From Octopus sinensis (lineage: Eukaryota): a stretch of DNA of 64,000 nucleotides. The stretch is taken from the NCBI RefSeq assembly GCF_006345805.1, contig NW_021833049.1, positions 22,472 through 86,471 on the forward strand, given 5' to 3'. Position numbers and translations under genes: made by a program. This document shows, piece after piece, positions 28,033-39,513 of the stretch. Numbering within the stretch: position 1 is the stretch's first letter; each line of letters starts with the position of its first letter. The notes beneath the pieces are model-generated. The model was not told the origin of the DNA. It was given only the letters and a program-made list of their open reading frames with translations, and searched no databases.

Positions 28033-29179
28033 AATAAATGCCCTGATGCAGTACCAGGTAGTGGCTCTCGTGGCTTCTGCTCTTAACTGATTGGAAGTGT
28101 TATCATGTACCCTTATCAGACATAAAGACACTCTACATTTGGCTAGGGACAGGGCAGGGCGGAGGGGGTGTTACTGATGCATTTAGCCCCAGGTGATCAT
28201 CAACGTCACCAGATAGGCTGACACCATCACGGTGTCCTCTATCCTGCAAAGGGAGATCATTCCCCGAAGAAGCGGATGCCACATACGGACCCAGGTTTCA
28301 AGGTGTTTGCCTATCATCAACGTATGGCAGGCACCGCTCCTCGACGAACAACTCCCCGAGCAGAATATTTATATATAGATTTTCACGTAAATACATTGAC
28401 TGATTTCGAAAATCTGTTCGACAGCAATGATAATTCTCTAAACGAGATATAGACAGTAACTGCTCCATAACATAAGGGACATGAGCCATTTGAATGTGGC
28501 TAGGGACAGGGCAGGGCGGTGGGGGTGTTACTGATGCATTTAGCCCCAGACGATCATCAACGTCACCAGATAGGCTGACACCATCACGGTGTCCTCTATC
28601 CTGCAAAGGGAGATCATTCCCCGAAGAAGCGGATGCCACATACGGACCCAGGTTTCACGTGATGGTGTCAGCCTATCTGGTGACGTTGATGATCGCCTGG
28701 GGCTAAATGCATCAGTAACACCCCCACCGCCCTGCCCTGTCCCTAGCCACATTCAAATGGCTCATGTCCCTTATGTTATGGAGCAGTTACTATCTATATC
28801 TCGTTTAGAGAATTATTATTGCTGTCGAACAGATTTTCGAAATCAGTAAATGTATTTACGTGAAAATCTATATATAAATATCCTGCTCGGGGAGTTGTTC
28901 GTCGAGGAGCGGTGCCTGCCATGCGTTGATGATAGGCAAACACCTTGAAACCTGGGTCCGTATGTGGCATCCGCTTCTTCGGGGAATGATCTCCCTTTGC
29001 AGGATAGAGGACACCGTGATGGTGTCAGCCTATCTGGTGACGTTGATGATCGCCTGGGGCTAAATGCATCAGTAACACCCCCACCGCCCTGCCCTGTCCC
29101 TAGCCACATTCAAATGGCTAATGTCCCTTATGTTATGGAGCAGTTACTGTCTATATCTCGTTTAGAGAATTATTATTGC
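27126..29179. mobile_element. Retrozyme-like insertion (~357-bp monomer, tandem plus inverted) with 12-bp TSD, itself carrying ~1 kb of unrelated DNA (27148-28135)
   Basis: TSD ggatatatagta at 27114-27125 and 29180-29191, single in the uninterrupted right arm (~32926-32937, reverse complement); units start at ~28141 and 28498; inversion at ~28659. Confidence 0.75.
28920..28964 (+). ncRNA. Minimal type I HHR (U3 variant); mirror copy at 28282-28326 (-)
   Basis: catgcg-TTGATGA-tagg[caaaca]cctt-GAAAC-CTGG-GTC-cgtatg. Confidence 0.7.
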
Positions 29180-32100
29180 GGATATATAGTAGTTACGGAC
29201 CAAACATGGTGGTCAGGAAAATGACAAATTCTGTTGTAGAAGTCTGGGTGTCGTAAATCAACAGGAGCGTCTGGGGACTTAGTGTATTGTAAATCAGAGA
29301 TGTTGAGCAGCTTATCTGGTTCTTCGTATTAAGTGGTCATCTTGTACATACGTACCCGCATGGATGCATACACCCATATACACGCGCACATATACGCACG
29401 CATACCCAGCTACAAGCATATAAGCATACATACGTACTCAGTAAACATATACAGATACACATATACACATACACACGCACACATGCGCACATATATATAC
29501 ACACAACAGAATATGCATATATAACACGGACAATATACATGTACATATAAATATACACACACGCACACATACGCATATACATATACATATACACATATGC
29601 ATACATGTATACATATACATATATACACATATACATATACCACTATACTCGCACCCATACCCGCACACGCACATATATATATGTGTGCATACATGCACAC
29701 CCACGTGTGCATACATACACGCATACACACATACACACGGACCCACGCGCATGTATCCACACTCACACACACACGTATCTGTGTGTCTATACGTGCGTGT
29801 GCGCATACCCTTACATACATATACACAGATGCCCACACATACAGGTATAGATATAAGATATTAAAAGATGTATAACAAATGTATATAAGAAATCTACAAA
29901 CGCATGTAAAGAAACGGACCCACGAACTCACGTCTACACGCACACGCACACACATCTGTGTGTCTATACGTGCGTGTACACATACACTTACGTACACACA
30001 CACAGACACACGCACATATAGGTATAGCTATAAGATATTAAAAGATGCATAAAAATATGTGTAAACATATGTATATAAGAAATCTACGAAAGCATGTAAA
30101 AAAAATTATTAAAGAAGTATAACGGGGGTGCGCATATCTAGACACAGATATTTACTCATACATACGTATACACATGTATACATATACATACGTACCCGGA
30201 CACACGTATAATCATAAAGCGGATACATAGATAAGTAAATAAGGAAAAAGCTAAAAATAGACATATATAGAGATATAAAGTGATAAAATAGGGGTAAAAA
30301 TAGGAGTAAGAATGAGGGTAAGAATAAGAATTAGAAATAAAAATAAGAAATAAAATATAAAAATTAGAAATAAAATATAAAAATCATAAAAACTATAAAA
30401 ATTAAAATATAGAATGAAAATAAAAATAAGAATAAAGTTAAAGCAAAATAAAATAGGATAAAATAAAATAAAAATATAATCGAGTAAAGCTTAACATGAG
30501 ATGAGGGTAAAAATAAAAGGTGGTTGAAAGTGTAAAGTTAAAGGTGTGTGCTAAATGTGACCACGTAGGGGCGGGGCGGGGGGGGGAACTGAAAATTGGA
30601 AGGGTGGGAAGCGGGGTTTGGTGGGTGTGCGCTCAACATCAGAGTTAGAAATGGGAAAAGGTATAGATATAGGGAAACAAAAAATCTAGATAGGAAGAAT
30701 GTAGGTGTAGGAGAAGAAATATATAGGAAAAAAAATATATGGGAGACCAAATGTGTATATATAGGAAAAAGTAGGAAAATATATATAGGAAAACGGGATG
30801 CGCTGGAGCCGACAGGTTGCACTGGGTGGGAGGAACTTGCATGGGGGAGTTGGTATAATAGTCTAAGCTTTGTAGTATTTGAAAGTATTAATAAGTTTGT
30901 GTATACAGGATGGTTTGAACTCTGACCTTTTGTTACATAGGTTGCTCGACCTCCTGGAAATCTAGATACTACAACCACCGGTCATCGCTGAAACATAGGC
31001 ATAAAGCTAACAGCACCTCCCTTTCTAAAAAAAATTTGGAATTAAAAGACAAAAGCATAGATTTCAAACTCAGATGGTCCATCATCGGATCAGCTGCACC
31101 TTATTTAAACAATAGAGCAGGATGCCAGCTATGTTGTGTAGAACTCCTGAATATCTTGAAATTCAAGGAGAAACAAATCTTATTAACAAAAGGTCAGATT
31201 TCAAACCATCCTGTATACACAAGCTTATTAATACTTTCAAATACTACAAAGCTTAGACTATTATACCAACCCCCATGCAAGTTCCTCCCACCAGTGCAAC
31301 CTGTCGGCTCCAGCGCATCCGTTTTCCTATATATATATTTCTTACTTTTTCCTATATATACACATTTTGTCTCCCATATATTTTTTTCCCTATTATATTT
31401 CTTCTCCTACACCTACATTCTTCCTATCTAGATTTTTTCTTTCCCTATATCTATACTTTTTCCCATTTCTAACTCTGATGTTGAGCGCACACCACCAAAC
31501 CCCGCTTCCCACCCTTCCAATTTTCAGTTCCCCCCGCCCGCCCCTACGTGGTCACATTTAGCACACACCTTTAACTTTACACTTTTCAACACCTTTTATT
31601 TTTACCCTCATCTCATGTTAAGCTTTACCCGATTATTTTTATATTTTATTTTATCCTATTTTATTTTGCTTTACCTTTATTCTTATTTTTATTTTATCCT
31701 ATATTTAAATTTATAGTTTTTATGATTTTTATATTTTATTTCTATTTTATATTTTATTTCTTATTTTTATTTCTAATTCTTATTCTTACCCTCATTCTTA
31801 CTCCTATTTTTACCCTATATTTTATCACTTTATATCTCTATATATGTCTATTTTTAGCTTTTTCCTTATTTACTTATCTATGTATCCGCTTTATGATTAT
31901 ACGTGTGTCCGGGTACGTATGTATATGTATACATGTGTATACGTATGTATGAGTAAATATCTGTGTCTAGATATGCGCACCCCCGTTATACATCTTAATA
32001 ATTTTTTTTACATGCTTTCGTAGATTCTTATATACATATGTTTACACATATTTTTATGCATCTTTTAATATCTTATAGCTATACCTATATGTGCGTGTGT

Positions 32101-33407
32101 CTGTGTGTGTGTACGTAAGTGTATGTATGTGTACACGCACGTATAGACACACAGATGTGTGTGCGTGTGCGTGTAGACGTGAGTTCGTGGGTCCGTTTCT
32201 TTACATGCGTTTGTAGATTTCTTATATACATTTGTTATACATCTTTTAATATCTTATATCTATATCTGTATGTGTGCGCATCTGTGTATATGTATGTAAG
32301 GGTATGCGCACACGCACAATAGACACACAGATGTCTGTGTGTGCGTGTGGTGTGGAACATGCGCGTGGGTCCGTGTGTATGTGTGTATGCGTGTATGTAT
32401 GCACACGTGGGTGTGCATGTATGCACACATATATATATGTGCGTGTGCGGGTATGGGTGCGAGTATATGTGTGTATATGTATATGTGTATATATGTATAT
32501 GTATACATGTATGCATATGTGTATATGTATATGTATATGCGTATGTGTGCGTGTGTGTATATATATTGTACATGTTTATTGTCCGTGTATATATATGCAT
32601 ATTCTGTTGTGTATATATATGTGCGCATGTGTGCGGTGTGTGTGTGTATATGTGTATCTGTATATGTTTACACGTGAGTACGTATGTATGCTTATATGCT
32701 TGTAGCTGGGTATGCGTGCGTATATGTGCGCGTGTATATGGGTGTATGCATCCATGCGGGTACGTATGTACAAGATGACCACTTAATACGAAGAACCAGA
32801 TAAGCTGCTCAACATCTCTGATTTACAATACACTAAGTCCCCAGACGCTCCTGTTGATTTACGACACCCCAGACTTCTACAACCAGAATTTGTCATTTTC
32901 CTGACCACCATGTTTGGTCCGTAACTACTATATATCCCTTATCCTTATATTCTTTTACATTTTTTATTATTTTTACTTCTATTTTTATTTTTATAACTTT
33001 ATACCTTTATATTCATTTATATTCTTTTATATTTTTTATATCTCTTTATATCTTTACACTCTACATTTTTATATTTTTTTTATTTACTTACACTTTTTAT
33101 GTATTTTTTAATATATTTTTATCCTTCGTCCTGAATTCTCGCCCCTCCATCTTTATCTCTATTCACTCTTATTACCAGGTTCCTTCACGTCTGTCTACAT
33201 TTATATATTTATATATGTATATATTTATTTATTAATTTATTTACATTACTTCAACATCCAAATTTCCTCATTCTACATTGAGAGAAGAACGAGATGGACG
33301 CTTCATTTTTATGCTGTTGCCGCATTATGTCGTACGCGAATGGGAGGATTTGCATCCCCAACCAAGAATTTTTGATGTAATACATGTCCTTGTGGAAGTT
33401 GTTGTGC

Positions 33408-33485
33408 GCGGCTAAAGAAGGCCACAGACATACATTATGCATTGTTATAAATCCGTCTAATAAAGGCCCGAAACATATGTACCGC
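33408..33485 (+). ncRNA. pLTR HHR, here with G5A (CTAAAGA); the mirror copy at 26557-26633 (-) has intact CTGAAGA
   Basis: gcgg-CT(G/A)AAGA-aggcc[~40 nt]ggccc-GAAAC-ATAT-GTA-ccgc. Confidence 0.75.
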
Positions 33486-33592
33486 TGAATCCTTGGCATC
33501 ATGTTTTTATTTTGATTAATTTACTCCACCACCTACACCACCAAACGGTATATACAGGTGCTTACAATTATCAAGTACTCACCCAGAATTTC

Positions 33593-33625
<33 letters not shown>

Positions 33626-34699
33626 ATGAATATATATGCAGTGTATGCATTCATACATTTATACATTGAGAGAAAGAGAAAGTGAGAGAGAATGAAAGAT
33701 AAAGAGAAAACTGAAAAATATCAAAAGAGATAAGAGATCCTTGAGTGGGTAACAGAGAAACAGTTATAAAGAGAGAGAGAGAGAGAGAGAGAGAGTGAGA
33801 GAGAGAGCAAGATAGGGAATAGTTGAGAGATAAAGAACGATAGAATTAAATTTGGATAAACATAAAGAGAGACTGGGAAACAAAATTTATTTTACTTTTA
33901 TTCATAACCCCGAGATAAACATAAAAAAATATAAGTAGAAATTTGTAACAGGTTTAACTATTAAACAAACAGCAGCTTTCTTGAGATTCGATGTCTCCAT
34001 TTACAAGACTGACTTTATAATAAAATGGATTAAGAAGAAATTGAGAAAAATACTGTGTAAATGTTTTAATTCAGAACTGAGGCAAGGGAAATCTGTTGTT
34101 TGAAGACTTTGAATAGTTAACTGCTAAAACTTTTGGTCTCCCAGCCATTTCCTACAGATTCATCACCCTGTAATGATATATCTGCTGACTTAATATAAGT
34201 TTAATTTTTATAGGGTCAGGAATAACAGTCATTTTAATTATCCTCATTATATTACAGGTACTTATTTAAATAAAACAGGAATAAGAAGCAAAGCCAGAAT
34301 TTGTAGCATTTGACTAAAGAACATGGAACCAAATACTCTTGAACAAGTGCAGGCATGGTTGTGTAGTTAAGAAGTCCACTTCTCAGTCATATAGCTTTTG
34401 GTTCAATCAGTTAAAGCAGTTATCTTCTACTAAATCCCTGGGACAACTAATGCTTTGTGATGAAGGTGAGCAAGACAAACATTTGAAATCACTTATCAAG
34501 TCTAATTACACAATCCAACAGGTATTTTGTTGTCAGGACATTTTAACTTGGTTTGAAGGTTTTTGAAATGTTGAATCTAAAAATGGAATCCATTTTTTAC
34601 TATCATATCTAGATTTCAAGACACCCAACCCCAACAAATTTTGCAATTTCCTCATTTTTCAGAAAAATGCATTATTTATCTGTGGAAATTTAGTCTGAA

Positions 34700-35570
34700 A
34701 TTTACAGCCAAGGAAAAACATTGGATGATCAAAGAATGGCCATAGCAAATATTAGTTCCAGGGTCTTTTAATGTGGTTGAAGAGCTTTTTAATTCAACTG
34801 GAGAAAAACATCCTACCTCCACTCCATCTCAACCTTGGCATTATGGAGCAGTTTGTTTGCAGCACATTTCCCAGGCTGAGCAGTGATAAGATAAATGCTG
34901 GAATATTTGATGGGCCTCACATCAGAAAATTGATTAAAAATGAGAACTTGATAAATTCAATGAATTGCTTTGAAGCAGCAGCATGAAATTTATTTGTAAT
35001 AGTTGTAAATGGCTTTCTGGACAACAAGAAAGCAGTCAGCTATGCCAAAATTGTCAGCAACATGCTGGACAACTTTCAAAAGTTAGGAGCAAATATGAGC
35101 ATAAAGCACTATCTCCATGGTTACCACAATAAATTCCTTGAAAATCTTGGTGATGCAAGTGATGAGCAGAGAGAACATTTCCAGCAGGACATAAAAACAA
35201 AGGTATCAAGGCAAATGCGACTTATGAATGATGGTGAAGTATTACTATAACTTTGCTCATGATCTCCCTGAGGTTCATCACTCAAGAAAATCATCCAAAT
35301 AGACATTCATGGGAAATTAGGCACAAGCAATGATATAATTTGTCAGTAAAAATTTTAAAACTTTTACTAGTTCTATTGGAAAATTTTAAGAAAACATTCT
35401 GGTTTTGAAGGAAAACCAATTTCTACATATGGTTGTATGTTATGCCTTGCTCCTCAAAAGCTGTTTTATTGAAAAAACAATGAAATTCTATGGATCCAGT
35501 ACCTTAAAATCTTGACATAGTGATAATAAATGGATGTCATTTTTAGATTCTGTGTGTCAAAAGCCCCTAG
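34700..35570 (+). mobile_element. Chapaev3-like transposase 3' remnant
   Basis: ILPPLHLNLGIMEQFV, FPRLSSDKINAGIFDGPHIRKL, LGANMSIK.H.LH and ENLGDASDEQREHFQQDI. Confidence 0.75.
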
Positions 35571-35571
35571 T

Positions 35572-36720
35572 TCACAACCAAGTTTTTTCCCAGCCAGGAA
35601 AAAATTTTTCTATGTTGATACGTGTTACTTTTCCATTTTTAAAATGAAAAATGTTATTTTCTTTTTCTCTCATTAGCAAAGCATTTTCACCAAAACCACT
35701 TCTGCTCACTAACAATGTATCACATTTAGTCAAAATATATTGGTCCATAAGAATCTTCCTTAGAGCGTCACATGTATCTTTCACACCTTTACGGAGCCTA
35801 TCCACATGAATTATTTCCCCAGAGGTATACATGAATTGAGAAGAAAATTTTTTTGAAGCTATATCCTGCACCTCCTTTGAGTCTGTGGTCACAAATATTT
35901 TGTACTTGCTGGTGTTATTGTATTTACTTAAGAAGTTCCACACATTCTGAACATCTGACATTGAATTCCTTCGGTTATCTCCTGGCACACTGGGGTTTTT
36001 TCCAATTCGAATCTGAGCACACACCAGATGCATATTTGTTTTGGGAATATTGACTTCAAAGAATTTGTCAAATTTTGCCTGAAGAAGATCACTGAAGCGA
36101 AACAATAAATTCATCACTTTAGCAAATATATTTCCATATGACTTTTGTGATGCCCAAAGTAATTGTTCTTTGTATCGAGCATTCTTTTTCAAGACATAAA
36201 AAAAGATTCTGTTTGTACTCACATAGAGGACATCTTCAGGGTAAAGTGTTTCTAAGTCTGCTGATTGTAAAGAGGAAATGTACTTATTCCCATCAACCAA
36301 ATTAAGGTAACGACTTTTTAAGCCATGCAACTCTTTTGAGTCAATCTTCCAGTTAACTTTGTTTGGTTGAAGATATTTAGAAATATCGCAAGGTCTTGAA
36401 ATAATAATTCCAAAGCGCCGACCCATGGTCAGTGCCATTAAATATACAGAGATTATTCCATGCTGCCTATCTCCCCAACCTCCACAAAGACTACGACCAA
36501 CACAACGAAAAATAACATATTTAGTTTTGTTGTTTAACTGAAGCAATTTCTGTTCCATCAGACTTAAATTTTTCTTCTGTTTTTGACGTGTTTCATCAAT
36601 TAACTTTTGATTATGTTTGCTTGAGGTTGTTACTGTATATTGTTTATTTGCAGTATATTGGTGCCAGGCAACCAGTAGAAAGAAGATGCTGACCACAACA
36701 ATGAATTGACAGACTGGTTT
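35572..36720 (-). CDS. Terminal coding exon of a type II membrane GT-B fucosyltransferase-like glycosyltransferase (FUT8/NodZ/GT11-like motifs); start exon not located
   Basis: Uninterrupted ~382-codon frame after the acceptor ttattatttctag; N-terminal TM segment (FIVVVSIFFLLVAW); CGGWGDR, VCAQIRIG, IFVTTDS and DQYILTKCDTLLVSRSGFG correspond to fucosyltransferase motifs. Confidence 0.8.
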   Translation of the reverse strand, partial: KPVCQFIVVVSIFFLLVAWHQYTANKQYTVTTSSKHNQKLIDETRQKQKKNLSLMEQKLLQLNNKTKYVIFRCVGRSLCGGWGDRQHGIISVYLMALTMGRRFGIIISRPCDISKYLQPNKVNWKIDSKELHGLKSRYLNLVDGNKYISSLQSADLETLYPEDVLYVSTNRIFFYVLKKNARYKEQLLWASQKSYGNIFAKVMNLLFRFSDLLQAKFDKFFEVNIPKTNMHLVCAQIRIGKNPSVPGDNRRNSMSDVQNVWNFLSKYNNTSKYKIFVTTDSKEVQDIASKKFSSQFMYTSGEIIHVDRLRKGVKDTCDALRKILMDQYILTKCDTLLVSRSGFGENALLMREKENNIFHFKNGKVTRINIEKFFPGWEKTWL

Positions 36721-38502
36721 CTAGAAATAATAAAGAGAAATAGAAATCATTAAATATATAACAACCTAGTAATATAATACATTAACAAATAAAAAATATC
36801 CCATATTACAATTCTTTGTTTCTATTTTATTAATTAATATACAGGTAGAGGCATGGCTCTATGGTTAAGAAGTTTGCTTCCCAACCACAAAGTTTGAAGT
36901 TCCGTCCCACTGCTGACACCTTGGACAAGTGTCTTCTACTATATTTATACTATGTATGTGTGTGAGTGTATGGATGTTTATGTCTCCTTGTCTTGACAAT
37001 ATATGATTACTGAAAATAAATATCATTCATTTCCAGTATTCTGTGGAAATATGTCTGACCATGGGAAGGTGGTGAGCTAGTAGAACTGAGAGCATACCAA
37101 ACAAAATGCTTGCGGGTATTTTGTTCATTTTTACATTCTGAGCTGAAATAGCGCCTAGGGTAACTTTGCCTTTCATCCTTCCAGGGTCAATAAAGCAAGT
37201 ACCAGTCAAGTACTAGGGACGATGCATTCGAATTCCCCTTCCCTTCAAAAACTGCCGACCTGTACCACAATTTGAAACCAATATGTCTGACTATGAAGAA
37301 ATACTAACCTACTTGGAAACAGGCAAAGGTTGATGGCAGGAAAGGCATCCAGCTATAGAAAATCTGCTACGGTGAACTCTATCTAACCCATGAAAGCATG
37401 GAAAAGCAACTGTTAAAACAATTATGATGATGATGATAGTGGTGATGGGGATGAGGAGGTTTGTTATGATGATGATGATGATGATGACGACTGGTATGTT
37501 TTATCAAATAACCTGTTTAAACGAGTTGGTTTTGTGAACAATCAGATTGCACATGCCTTTGAACTTTCTGTGTGTGTGTGTGTGTGTGTGTGAATTTGTA
37601 GGGAGAGAAGTTCTATGAAACCTTGTGACATTCAGCATGAACAAAAGTGAAACAGCATTTGAACATCAAATACAGCAGGACAGAGTTCCAACACAAATGC
37701 AAAGATAGAAAATTGAGTTTCCTACACATTATGTGACAGTGGCTACTACAGAACCTATCTATATAACTAGCAATGATAATTTCCTTCACCTTTTGACTAG
37801 CCAACATGTGTGAAGCAAGAATGTGTTGATTCCAAAGACATTTGTAACACAGGCAGTGAATTTCTAATGAGGATAATTCTGAATTCTCTCAACACTACCC
37901 TAAGTACCTTTTGTTTCATAAGTGGTATTTAGCTCAAAGAATTATACGAAGTTTCAAATTATTTAGTTAAGTAGAAAATTCTGTCCATCTTTTAGAAAAG
38001 ATCCAAAATGTCGAATACAAAAGACATATTAACCAGCTTAAGAAAAGATTGACGGAAAAACAAACACGAGAAATGGAATTCCTATGGAAATATTGTATGA
38101 CACGTTTAAGGTACCAACACCCAAGCAATTTGAAACTACACGTTCTAGCACCAGAAAACGCAAACATTGGAATTGAACCCTAAACGTAAGAGATATTAAA
38201 ACTCGGAGCAGAGTTCAATTCTGAAAAGAGGAGATGATAGGGGAGACTTATTCTAAAAAGGGGAGATGTAGTGGAAGGATTCCAACCATCCCCCAAGTAA
38301 CTAATGGTGGACTGACTCATTGTCATAAATTAAAGAACTGTGAGTGATTGGCAGTTCGTGTTGGTAAAAAAAAATTGAAGTTGAGTTATAATTGTGAGTA
38401 GAACGTGAATTTATTGTTGATTATTGCTGTTGTTATATTGCTGTTGATTATCGTGTGTTATATCGTTAATTTTTGTTGAAGTTGATTTTTCCCATTGAGG
38501 AA

Positions 38503-39513
38503 ATGGAGAAGGCGCCAGCGGGAGGCCACAGCTATGCAGCCGCAACTGGAAGAGAAGCAGAGAAAGAAGCATTAGAGACCTTTGAAATAAAGGTCGAGCC
38601 CAGGAAAATGAAAGCTAGCGAGAAGCTACTGAAAAAAGAAGGCGACAAGATAAAATTGTCGTCACTCGAAGAACTAATGAACAGCGTTATGAAGAAGACA
38701 GTGACATACAAGACCATGAAGGTCGCTACAAGAAAAATCGACATAGCAACTGTAGAGGAGATTGAGAAGGTGTTGGAAAGCATGGAAAAGGTGATAACCT
38801 TTAGAACAAGCGGCAGAAAATATGCAACTGTGGATGTGCGTTTCACATCGGAAGAGGAAACGATAAGGCATGCTACGGAGGCAATCCGCTCAGAAGAATG
38901 GATTCTTCTGCCATCCTATTGCGGCAAACGTGTGGCGAGAGTTCGGGTGGGCCAGGTGCCCCCTGAGCTGGAGGAGGCATGGCTAATGACGGCCATTATG
39001 TACAACATGGAAGACGAGGCCAGAATATTGAAGTCCAACAGAACAAACAAGTTGGACTACTGGGGCTACGGGTTGGAGCTAACAATCCAGGCAACAGTGG
39101 AAGATCTGAACAAAATAACAGAGGAGATAGTGTTACCTGACGGTTTTACACTAAGAATGAAGGTGGAGGGAAGACCGCCTGTGTGCTACGAATGTGGCGA
39201 AAAGGGGCACATGAAGGCGAGATACCCACGAAAAGAACAGAGAGAGACTAAACAAAAAGTCGAACAGGCAGTGACAGTCGAGAATAATGAGAAAACAGCG
39301 GAAGAAGAATTCACGCTAGTGGAAAGAAAAAGAAGGAGGAGAGCAGAGGTGGGCCCGCCACCGGCTAATCAGAAAAAGAAGAAGGAAGAGGTGGAAGAGA
39401 AAGAGGTAACGAGAAAGAAATATGATAAAAGTGAGACGGAAAAGGAAAGTGGAAAAATAATTGAGAAGCTGTGTGACAATGAGTCAGAGAAGGAGGAAGC
39501 AAGTATGAAGATG
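38503..39513 (+). mobile_element. L1/Tx1-like LINE ORF1 (5' part of the element), truncated by a PLE insertion
   Basis: SYAAAT N-terminus, RRM-like RVRVGQVPPE, VEGRPPVCYECGEKGH zinc knuckle, charged C-terminus; ATG at 38503. Confidence 0.75.

Larger units (their letters stand above)
26516..33560 (+). mobile_element. 5'-truncated PLE: GIY-YIG C-terminus (~30940-31260) plus ~2.3-kb pLTR (to ~33520), preceded by an inverted pLTR copy (26516-27125 and 29180-30935)
   Basis: SWKSRYYNHRSSLKHRHKANSTSLSK.IWELKDK...WSIIGSAAPY...CQLCCVE...SCIH; arms are reverse complements; HHR in each arm. Confidence 0.85.
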
